Assembly (NCBI RefSeq): GCF_001194135.2
Contig: NC_068983.1
Coordinates: 62,690,827-62,754,826, forward strand
From: Octopus bimaculoides
Lineage: Eukaryota
Direction: 5' to 3'
DNA length: 64,000 bases
Shown one piece after another: positions 53,244 to 64,000 of this stretch (its first letter is position 1; each line of letters begins with the position of its first letter). The position numbers and the translations under genes are program-made. A model generated the notes under the pieces. That model did not search any database and was not told where the DNA came from. It worked only from the letters and a program-made list of their open reading frames with translations.

Positions 53244-54187
53244 AGAAAAAAATGCTTTCTAATTGATGTATCAATACCAGCAGATGACAACGTTTCTCTA
53301 AAAGAAATGGAATAACTTTCAAAATACAAAGACCTGGAAATAGAGGTAACTCGAATGTGGAATCTAAAAACAGAAACAATTCCTATCATAGTAGGTGCCT
53401 TAGGTATAATAAAAAANNNNNNNNNNNNNNNNNNNNNNNNNNNNNNNNNNNNNNNNNNNNNNNNNNNNNNNNNNNNNNNNNNNNNNNNNNNNNNNNNNNN
53501 NNNNNNNNNNNNNNNNNNNNNNNNNNNNNNNNNNNNNNNNNNNNNNNNNNNNNNNNNNNNNNNNNNNNNNNNNNNNNNNNNNNNNNNNNNNNNNNNNNNN
53601 NNNNNNNNNNNNNNNNNNNNNNNNNNNNNNNNNNNNNNNNNNNNNNNNNNNNNNNNNNNNNNNNNNNNNNNNNNNNNNNNNNNNNNNNNNNNNNNNNNNN
53701 NNNNNNNNNNNNNNNNNNNNNNNNNNNNNNNNNNNNNNNNNNNNNNNNNNNNNNNNNNNNNNNNNNNNNNNNNNNNNNNNNNNNNNNNNNNNNNNNNNNN
53801 NNNNNNNNNNNNNNNNNNNNNNNNNNNNNNNNNNNNNNNNNNNNNNNNNNNNNNNNNNNNNNNNNNNNNNNNNNNNNNNNNNNNNNNNNNNNNNNNACTA
53901 CCTAGCTCAGATACCAGGAAACCCCAAAATGGCTGAAGTCCAAAAGATAGTGCTCATGGGAACTGCCCATATCCTACGTAAAATACTGTCTATGTGATCT
54001 CAAATTTTAAAGCAAACATAATTTTCTAATGGTTTCTTAAACATTCACTTGAACAAAACTGTACAAATCCAAATATATGGTACCCTAGGCATAACACCTA
54101 CATGAACTTCTAACTTGTTGTCTCTTGAGGTCTCTGGGTGAGACTTGGATCCAACTTGTACAAATGCAAAACAAAAGTCAAACATAA

Positions 54188-54188
<1 letters not shown>
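53241..54188 (+). mobile_element. R4/Dong-type RLE LINE, 3' fragment, within (TAA)n
   Basis: KCFLIDVSIPADDNVSLKEME*LSKYKDLEIEVTRMWNLKTETIPIIVGALGII...VQKIVLMGTAHILRKILSM*, then a 3' UTR. (AAT)n lies on both sides. Confidence 0.9.
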
Positions 54189-54237
<49 letters not shown>

Positions 54238-54250
54238 TAATAATAATAGT

Positions 54251-56148
54251 ATTTTCTTTATTGGCCACAAGGGCCAAACACAAAAAGAAATAGAGACAAT
54301 AAAATAAGCGGTGTTTGACACAATGTCGAGTATACAATAAATAACAATAACAATGAAATTAAACAATAAAAATTCCCCAGAAGGGGATAGTTCCTCACAG
54401 GGATAGTCGAGGAGCCCCACACATCCTGGTTACCCCGACATCCAGGTGCACCTCAGCAGGTTCCTCTCTCCCTCGAAACATCTCCGGTTTACAAGGGAAG
54501 GTTCAGTGTAGGCCCATTCACACAGGCAATCCTCGCCACCCACATCCACTTTTCAACAAAAATACAGGTGGGGCAAAACTTCTCTCTCGACCCTCAATTT
54601 CCTCTTGAAGTGGAACTTAAAAAAGGTGATGAGGGCTCGGAAGCAGAGGAAAGTATCTGCCTTCAGTCCTTTCTGTCTCGTCCACCATACTACCTCCTTT
54701 GCCATAGCCACCAGACAGAGGAAAACTACCTTTCCTTCTCTGCCAAAAGTAGGCAGTGGGGCGATCTTCACGAGGGACTCAGCTGATAACCGTATCTGTC
54801 CTGCACGTGTCAACAGCTGTTCGACAAAGCTCCACAAGTCAGCAATGCCCGGATGCTGGACAAGTCCATGCAGGATGGATTCGTCGCTCTGGGCCCACCT
54901 TGGACAGGTCCGTCAGACAGCACTTCCGTGTCTGTAGAACTTGTCTCGAACCGGCAGAGCTCCTCAGTAGCTCTGTCAGGTCAGGGATTTCTGAAAGTTA
55001 TCCATAGGCCCCGGCATGAAAGTCCTCCGGAAAAGACCAGTTAATTCATCCCTCCCGACGCCTAGAGTTTTCCCGAGGACGTCGTCGCTTTTGCCTACCA
55101 CTGCTCCTCTGTAGAACTCCATAGTGGAACTTCCACTGACCGCATTGCCCAACTAACAGAGATCAGTGAGCGCTTGCCTACACTGCGGGTGCCAAGCACC
55201 TTTCTTGGTCTACGCTTGATCTAGTACTGTAGCTCCGTCAATGACACGAGCTGCAGAAAATCCTGTCTGACAGACGTTTACCATTAAAAAACGTTGGAGA
55301 TGTCGCAGTCTCAGCGCAAGTCTGCATATCACTAGCTACGGCATGCCAATACTCCACTCAGCGGCTGCTGACAACAGATGGACCGTCTAACAAGCGGAAC
55401 ACGTCCCTTCCATAGAAATTGGTAGAGCAAGCGCTCCATCAATATCAAGCACGAGGTGGGGCAAGGGACGATGGTCTGGAGGTAGTTGCTGATGGAAATG
55501 ATGTGCATATTCGCCACCTCCATCCGACCCTTCAGGAACAGCTTCCTTTCTGCCCATTTCTGCATGAGCCTGGAGACCTTGCTAGTAACCTCCGCTAGTT
55601 CTGTCCTCCTAGAGGTCCCGACCAAACCAAACCAAACCAAACGCAGAACAATTTAAAACGGCCCTTTCGTACATTGCCCTACAACACTGTCGGTTGGAAT
55701 AAACCTGCCTATCCAGGTCCCGAGCTGCAGGCCCTCCAACTTGTCCTGTCACTGCTTCGCACTCCTTAAGTGAGTGCCGATCACCTCTATTTCTGAGCTG
55801 TCCAACACTATTACGGCGACGTCATCGGCATAACCCATCACGAACCTTCTGCGTCTTAGATTATGCGGGGTTTCCCTCGAAATATCCCACTTCCTCAGTA
55901 ATGGCTCCAGAGCCAGCACATATAGACGGGGTGAGAGTGGACAACCTTGATGGACCGAACGAGCGATGCCAAACTATTCCGATTGGTGGCCGTTTACTTT
56001 GACCACCGAACAGATGTCGTTGTACATTCCAGCCTTTGAAAATGGAACCGAAACCGAATATTGATGGTCGACCCTATCAAAAGCTTTTGATTGATCTAAG
56101 TTGAACTGTGATTCACGCATGCCAGGTTCCTTCCCCACAATCTCTATG
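54251..56148 (-). mobile_element. L1/Tx1-clade LINE, 5' truncated, with intact 3' tail
   Basis: LDQSKAFDRVDHQY, SVHQGCPLSPRLY, MGYADD, FKFHFKRKLRVERE. The 3' UTR ends in GGCCCTTGTGGCCAATAAAGAAAAT followed by (TTA)n. Confidence 0.92.
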
Positions 56149-56149
56149 A

Positions 56150-56360
56150 TACAACAACAATAATAACAATCTTTTCTACTCTAGGCACAAGGCCCGAAAT
56201 TTTGGGAGTCCAGTCGATTTTGATCGACCCCAGTACGGTACTTAATTTTTCGATCTCGAAGAGATGAAAGGCGGGATTTGAACTCAGAACTCAAAGACAG
56301 ACGAAATACCGCTAAGCATTTTGCCCGGCGTGCTAACGTTTCTGCCAGCTCACCGCCTTC
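56150..56360 (-). mobile_element. SINE family 1, B-tail variant, inserted in (TTA)n
   Basis: GAAGGCGGTGAGCTGGCAGAAACGTTAGCACGCCGGG...CCCAAAATTTCGGGCCTTGTGCCTAGAGTAGAAAAGATTGTTATTATT. Confidence 0.9.
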
Positions 56361-56362
56361 AC

Positions 56363-56422
<60 letters not shown>

Positions 56423-56427
56423 TACTA

Positions 56428-58211
56428 ATCGATAAGACTACCCTCGCTGACTGCAAGAAGATACACAGAAATTTGGCGATGGCATGGGTGGACTATAGGA
56501 AAGCATATGACATGGTCCCACACTCGTGGATTATTGAATGCCTTAAACTGCTTAAGGTCTCCCACAATATCCTGATGTTAATAAAAAACTTAATGACAAC
56601 TTGGCGAATGGGGAGATAGGCTAGGAGAGGTAAATATCAAAAGAGGAATCTTTCAAGGGGACAGTCTCTCTTATTTGTTGTCTGCATACTGCCATTAACG
56701 AGCGTTTTAAGAAATATGCATGTTGGGTGAAATTTAACAACCTGTGGTTTATGGATGACCTAAAGCTATTTGCTAAGACTGAGAAAGAAACTGAGAGTTT
56801 GAGGGCAACTGGGCAGATGGTTAGCAAAGATATTGGCATGGGATTTGGGATCGAGAAATATGATGTAATTATTTTCAAAAGGGAGAAAATCAGTAAAAGC
56901 TATGGGATCAAGCTGGAAAATGGCGAAATTATAAAGGAAGTCGGAGAGGAAGGGTATATAGTACCTGAGTATAGTACCTTGAAAGAGATAAGATGAATGA
57001 ACCCAAGATGAAAGAAATGTACACGCGAGAGTATTTGGAGAGAACTTGGCTTGTGCTCCAAACGAAGCTAAATGGCCACTATAAGATTAGAGCAATTAAC
57101 ACGTAGGCTGTTGCTTTGATGAGATATGGGGCAGGAATAGTATCTTGGAAGAAGAATAAATTACAAGAGATAGACGGGAGAACACGTAAATTAATGACAA
57201 TCAACGACGACCTACACGCCAAAGGTGATGTGTCAAGATTGCTTGTAAAGAGTGAAGGAGGACGGGCATTGGTGTATTGTGAAGGTTGTGTAAGGAAAGG
57301 GGAGAATAGCCTGGCTTGGAATGTCAAGGGGAGGAAAGAAGAAATGATTGAAGGAGTGAAAATGCAGGGAACCTTAAAAGTGAACGAAGCCGTAGATACA
57401 ACATAATTTAAGACCAGATGAAGAAAATTTTGCAGGACAAGAAAATGCACAGTCAGTTCTTGAAGAATAAAGATGAGATCGATTGGAATAGAGCCTGGCA
57501 ATGGCTGCAGAAAGGAGACTTAAGAGGGCCCAGTGAGGTATTAGTGTGCAGTACTCAACAAGGGAGAAAGTATAAGTCATATTGTTAGTGAGTGCAGTAA
57601 GCTCGCGCAAAGCGAATATAAAAGGAGACACAACAATGTGGCCACATATGTCCACTTGTTGTTGTGCGGAAAAACAAAACTCGAGAGAGCCGAATAACGG
57701 TATGAACACAAGCCAAAGGGAGTAATGGAAAACCAACATTACAAAATACTCTGGGATTTTAACATGCAGCGCAACCAAGTCATAGAGGCGAGACGACCAG
57801 ATATCGTGCTCATCCATAAAGATGAAAAAGAAGTAAAGATAATAGATGTTGCAATACCAGATGATTCGAGGATGAAATGTAAGGAAACAGAAAAGTGTGA
57901 GAAATACCAGCCACTGCGGGACGAGATAGGAAAGTTATGGGGCATGAGGAAAGTAATGGTGAGACCGGTGGTAATTGGAGCATTACGAGCAGTTTCCAAG
58001 GGCTTTAAAAAACATGTTAAGAATATTGGAGCTCCTGCCAGACTCAAAGTGATCCAGAAGACAGCATTGTTGGGTACAGCTCGCATTCTAAGGAGAGTAT
58101 TGTCTCTTTGAGTCACAGGAGAAGGGACTACTTCAAACCTTTGGCGATTTGTTATTGCCTGCTTTCAAGTAAAGAATAACCGGTAATTAAGAACTAACCG
58201 AGAGGCTTTCA
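56428..58211 (+). mobile_element. R4/Dong-type RLE LINE, 5' truncated (RT + RLE), within (TAA)n
   Basis: HRNLAMAWVDYRKAYDMVPHSWI, KRGIFQGDS, WFMDDLKLFAK, YKRRHNNVA, ILWDFNMQ...ARRPDIV...IIDVAIPDD...EKYQPL. Preceded by (AAT)n and followed by (CAA)n(TAA)n(GAA)n. Confidence 0.95.
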
Positions 58212-58411
<200 letters not shown>

Positions 58412-58789
58412 ATACCGGGGACGTGTAACATGTGAGAGCAATAAAACACAGCTCCGAAATTTATCCAAAACCATCGGAAATAAAGACATTGCATAGAGCC
58501 AAAAATAACTGACAAAGGGTTGGACTATATCCGAGTAAGTAATACTCATTGAAATTTATTTCTATTTTCCAAATGAAATGATGTATTTTAACTGGATATC
58601 ATCTTCATTGCTCGCACAGCACATGTAAACACGCTTGATATATTACGATCCTTTAACACCAGACCATCTCCGGCCCCAAACACCATGTACAAAAAAATTA
58701 CAAATAAATTAAATAATACGGGTATTATTCAACAATCAGTAAGTGCATACTTCAAACTTGTTATGCAGAAAGTACGAAAAACTACACGT

Positions 58790-59020
58790 GCAAGACAATT
58801 TGACTACAGAAATGAACGGACCGGTACCCTACGAAAATGATGACCGTCAAAATAAAAGGCCGGACGTTGTTCCTCATGTTTCGGAAATGAAACAAAAAAG
58901 GCATAAATGGACATGTGAGGAATATATTTCAATCCAACACGCTTATTTTACAGCAGTGCTCTACCCAAAGAACGAAAACTCAACAATACATACATATAAA
59001 ATATGGAAGAAAATAACCTA
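58790..59020 (+). mobile_element. Probable N-terminal fragment of an R4/Dong-type ORF
   Basis: KRHKWTCEEYISIQHAYFTAVLYPKNENSTIHTYKIWKK resembles the R(R/K)KW..EE...Y...Y...W N-terminal motif of R4/Dong proteins. Judged by eye. Confidence 0.5.
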
Positions 59021-59519
59021 AATAAATACGTGTACAATTAAAAAAAAGATTAAATGAATGATTGGCAAAAGACGAAATTGTCAGTCTTCAGTATATAATA
59101 TTATTCACTAAAGATAGCAGATAAGTAAAAACGCCTTGTCTTCCAATAGAATTCCGCAAAACAACAAAAATTAGACAAGAGTTCTAATTGTAAAGAACAG
59201 TTTCGATATTCTGTGTGCAACTTGGACACTTCCGGGATGATGACATTTTTGTGCCTCATACCGTTATTAATCCGGTACCGGGTCAAAGGTAGAGATTTCT
59301 CTATGTTGTCAGTAATTCTAAGGTTGAAAGTTTTCTAGAGTAGACTTAAATTTTATACTTCGATACAAATTACGTAAATTATTACAGAAAAATATGTCAG
59401 TATTTTCCATCACTGAATGCTGCAACACTGAATACATTCCTCTAGCAGCAAAGAATTGAGATCACCTGGCAACGTTCAGTAATTTCACGTCTCCTGTTTA
59501 TGCCAACATGACTTATTTG

Positions 59520-60020
59520 TCTCGCACATGATATCTCGTATCGGCAATATCGGTGGTATTGCCGGAAAGAGATGCCCCCTCACAAGTTTAGCCTTCGCAG
59601 GAAAGCAAAAACTTATAGTGATCAAGCGAGAATTCACCCCCAACAGTCTGAATGTGTGTGATTCGAAACGTGGTCATTTACTTTGGTTAGATCTTCACCA
59701 ACCTGTGTCACTACATGTCTGTTTTGGCAGAGCTTTTCGTAGACAGATCAGTTAAGAATCATACAGTCCATTACAAACCTGAGAACACTGCCAATGACAA
59801 GATCCAACTTCTCAAGCACCAGAGTCCTCAACTCAGCTGTCATCAAAGTTTTGAGGCTGGAGTAGCCACCCCATTTCCTTGGCTAATACGGTTAGGAATG
59901 CTTGCAGATTGTTACCAGTTGCGATATAAAACACTCAAATTAGAGTCGAAAGAGTCTTGTACATGCCCATAAAGGTCATGTGGTGATCATCTAAACCAGT
60001 CCTCGGTCTTCGGAACACCA
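59520..60020 (-). mobile_element. Decayed RTE-clade LINE 3' fragment
   Basis: LVLEKLD..., MDCMILN*SVYEKLCQNRHVV (compare RM.D.RIPK.LLYGEL..G.R) and a terminal HRYCRY zinc-finger-like remnant. Confidence 0.45.
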
Positions 60021-60349
60021 TTCACACCTTTTTACTGGGTTTTTGCTGCACGTCTTGTTTTCTACTGTGTGCAACATTACGATCTCAAGATAAGCACCAT
60101 TATCAGCAGATATATTAAAGTGCCACCAGAAAAAGGACTTGTCTATAGAATTTTTAGGTATGTTTTTTGTTCATCGGATTTAGATTATAAATCTCAGTAT
60201 GTATTATGGGTATCATATATTACTACAAATATGTTGCTCAAAGTTTCAAAGTCTTTCCAACTGTTTTAGTGTAAATATAATGATATGAAGTAAATGATAT
60301 AGTCCCTCTCAATGTACGACTGCCTTTAACTCTAAGAGGACAATGAAAA

Positions 60350-60500
60350 GTGTTAAAATTGTGTGCAAATATTAGTTTCAAATTTTGGCACAGGACCAAC
60401 AGTTTTTGAGGCGTGAAGGAATTCATTTCAGAATGCAAAGACAGACGAAACGCCGCTAAGAATTTTGTCCAGTGTAATAATTGTTCTGCCAGATCACCGA
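60350..60500 (-). mobile_element. Old degenerate SINE family 1-related copy
   Basis: CAAATTTTGGCACAGGACC...AAAGACAGACGAAACGCCGCTAAG...CTGCCAGATCACCG is the reverse complement of the family 1 head and tail. Confidence 0.6.
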
Positions 60501-60814
60501 CTTATTGTGGCCAAATAACACCTGAAAACTAAAGTAATATAGATAAGCACATACGAATTGTTTGTAGTGCATTCAAATATTTTAAACACATTAAGATGAG
60601 AAATATTTGAAATTCTGAATAACAAATTTTATGAAGAAGACAACCGATATCGATTCTGGGTGTTGTGATGTTGTGTCCAATTTCCGGATGTCGTGGCGAA
60701 AACCTGATTTGGATGGTTTCATAATTACATAAATATATATTCAGCCTACACCAACACTAATAATTTCGAATTTACCTGCACCGTACATTGATTGATATAG
60801 AGATACTCCTCATA

Positions 60815-60863
<49 letters not shown>

Positions 60864-62051
60864 TATGTACTGTAATATATTAATCAGAACAAGAATATAA
60901 AGCGTTTGCTTTCAGGGATAATTATATGTAAGTTATGTCGATTTCAGGTTACAAGATGAAGCGAATGACATGAGTGTACAATAGAACAGAAACGTATTTA
61001 AAAGTTACTAAATGCTATTGTATATTACGACGAACAGGAAATTACTCATCTCTCTTGAAATAAAGTAATGCTACAGATTGTTTAAGATGAAAATATTTTA
61101 GTGGTAATTGCATAGCATAATTTATGTTTGTCTAACAGTATTTAGCTTCTACTTTTTAACTCATTAGAAATCTTTAAAGGCATAGTAATTTCGATTGCCG
61201 ACACTTGGCATAAACGCTACCCAATTTTTATTTTCTGTACTTAGAATTTATATTTTATTTTATGGTACCCATATATTATTTTATGCATCATTATCTATAT
61301 TTCTATAACTGATTTATGAATAACTATACAAATAGTTTTCTGGTAATCATTAATAGAAAAGTACTGAAATAGATATTTTGTGATAAACAACTGGTATTAA
61401 CAATAAGAATCATTTTGCGATACATCATTTTGATAAAAATTGTATGTATGTGTATATTTATGCTGCATAAAAATTGGTCTTATATATGTTAATATTATTA
61501 CCAATTATCAGCGACGGTACATTCACGGCAGGCAAGGAATCTTACTTTCACTTAAATGAGAACATAATCTCATTTACTACATTGCTCGCGAGGTCTAAAA
61601 TCCGTTACATACCTGTAAAACCCGAGTATCGAAACTTAATTACTCTATAGAATACTTGCCGGTTTGTGTTGTCTGCATACAACCCAAATGCTTTCATTAT
61701 CAACAAACATTAAAATTCCGTGTTCAACCATGACACTACTGAAACACTTCTTCATTTCTTAATTCACTCTCATCTCTTTACCATCATCTAACAACTATAA
61801 GAACTGACCACCTTACGGACTAGATTTCACAAAAAAGGTACGTCATATCATATATAATAACAATAGTAAATTGAAACAGTTAGTTCCATAATAAATATAT
61901 TACTTGACTAGATTGATGCTTTCCTTCTCTTTTACTTCAAACATGTTTGTACATCGATTGAGTTCTGAGAGAATTTAGAACATTGCTTACAAATGCGTTT
62001 TTATCGATTTGATAGTAATACTTCTGTCTACCTGCCTTTCAATCAATGTAT

Positions 62052-62087
<36 letters not shown>

Positions 62088-63219
62088 TGTGCATGTTTGT
62101 GCGTGCGTGCGTACGCGCGCTCGTTTTGCCTGCTCGAATCCCCACGTAAGTGTTAAAACTACTCGTTTTAACTTTAATCGCTTGTGGATGAATATTTTTT
62201 GCCGTATTGTCGGAAATATCAAACATATGTCATTTCGCACGCGCACGCCCACGAGGTCACACACACACATACGGTCACATGATATGTATGTATAGAATCT
62301 GTCTCATGATCGGACCATCTTTAGAGCACCTTGCATGACGAAAAGCAGAATAAAGCAAAGAGTAGATGAATTCTGTGGAGTAAACAGCAATTCAATAACT
62401 GGAAATGAAAGAAGTCCTACTTCTTGTTGTCAAATCTCTCAAGGAAAAAGAAGACTCTGATGCAACATCTGCAACATTATTTCATCCGATGATATAGAGT
62501 AATTCTTTTTAGATAAATGCATGCGCTATTTAGAGAATAGGATCTGCCATATGAAAGACCTTCCCTCTCTTCCAAATTCTCCGAGCACAGACATCTTTGT
62601 TATGTTTAGCATAGTTTGAGCGATCAATGCGCAAAAATACAACATATTCATGAAAAATTCCATGATTCACTGAAGGAATGGGTCGCCATGGATGATTGCT
62701 ACCAAAGGCGCCGATCGTTGCCACACAGATTCAAATGAGTGGACGTCACTGGCAGGGAAGCAGAATTGTAAAGCTACATTCACATGCACACGTTTAAGAG
62801 AACAATCAAATAATGGTATATATATATATATATNNNNNNNNNNNNNNNNNNNNNNNNNNNNNNNNNNNNNNNNNNNNNNNNNNNNNNNNNNNNNNNNNNN
62901 NNNNNNNNNNNNNNNNNNNNNNNNNNNNNNNNNNNNNNNNNNNNNNNNNNNNNNNNNNNNNNNNNNNNNNNNNNNNNNNNNNNNNNNNNNNNNNNNNNNN
63001 NNNNNNNNNNNNNNNNNNNNNNNNNNNNNNNNNNNNNNNNNNNNNNNNNNNNNNNNNNNNNNNNNNNNNNNNNNNNNNNNNNNNNNNNNNNNNNNNNNNN
63101 NNNNNNNNNNNNNNNNNNNNNNNNNNNNNNNNNNNNNNNNNNNNNNNNNNNNNNNNNNNNNNNNNNNNNNNNNNNNNNNNNNNNNNNNNNNNNNNNNNNN
63201 NNNNNNNNNNNNNNNNNNN

Positions 63220-63278
<59 letters not shown>

Positions 63279-64000
63279 ATGTATGTGTGTATATATATAT
63301 ATGTGTGTATGCTGCTTATAAATTGTTTTATTTTTATTTTTTTATATATATACTTCACTTTATACTTTTACATTTATTTTACACTCTTTTACTTCCGGTT
63401 TCTTTATGTTTTAATTTTTTAATNNNNNNNNNNTTTTACACTCTTTTACTTCCGGTTTCTTTATGTTTTAATTTTTTAATTTTTAATTTCTTTGTACTTC
63501 TGATTTTTTATCGGTTATATTTTGACTCTTTTATCCTTATTTTTTATAATTTATTATTTTTTTCATCTTTAATTTTTTTATTCTTTACTTTTTATCTCTT
63601 ATTTTTATTATTTTTATTATTTTTTACTATTTTTTAGTTCTTATTTTATTGTTTATTTCTTATTTGTTACATTATTAATGTGGGTGCTAATATTTCCTAT
63701 CACTAGTATACTATATTACTCTGTATTTTGAATTTTGTTTTTTGAATTTTAACGTCCAACCCTACCTCTCCCATATAATTTATTTCACTTTTCTTGTTGA
63801 CATGTTTATTGGTTCATTCTTTAAGGTCTTCTATGTTATAATTACCCTTTCCACTTCCTTCACCCTTCTTCATCTAGATAAGTGTATGTAGATAAGTTAG
63901 TACACTTAAGTTGTAATTCGCTTAGGTTGATCACTGACCACTCACCACAAGAATATCATGTTTCATGTTTCATGTTTCAAGTCTATTCTGGCATGACACT

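Noticed and set aside
63375-63480. Duplicated ~45-bp segment on both sides of a 10-N gap
   Set aside because: Most likely a contig-overlap artefact.

Overview
Repeat-dominated, AT-rich eukaryotic DNA from a gapped short-read assembly, with many N runs next to (TA)n, (CA)n, (GA)n and (TACA)n tracts. The SINE families and microsatellite load resemble an octopus genome; this is my inference, not checked. No intact host protein-coding gene can be supported, only weak candidate exons. The recognisable content is transposable elements: a Helitron-like element carrying 23-aa (STPR-like) repeats; a TTAA-flanked MITE; a decayed mariner and other Tc1/mariner remnants; Penelope GIY-YIG fragments; three L1/Tx1-clade LINE copies; R4/Dong-type RLE LINEs sitting in (TAA)n arrays; an RTE fragment; and many tRNA-derived SINEs. 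One Tx1 copy is full length (39597-44850) and has a perfect 12-bp target-site duplication inside a SINE. The strongest observation is a probable LINE-SINE partnership. Two Tx1 copies and one SINE variant end in the same small hairpin plus AATAAAGAAAT tail, with compensatory stem changes, and the same SINE body also occurs with a different tail. Most long ORFs in the supplied track are artefacts of gaps or microsatellites.
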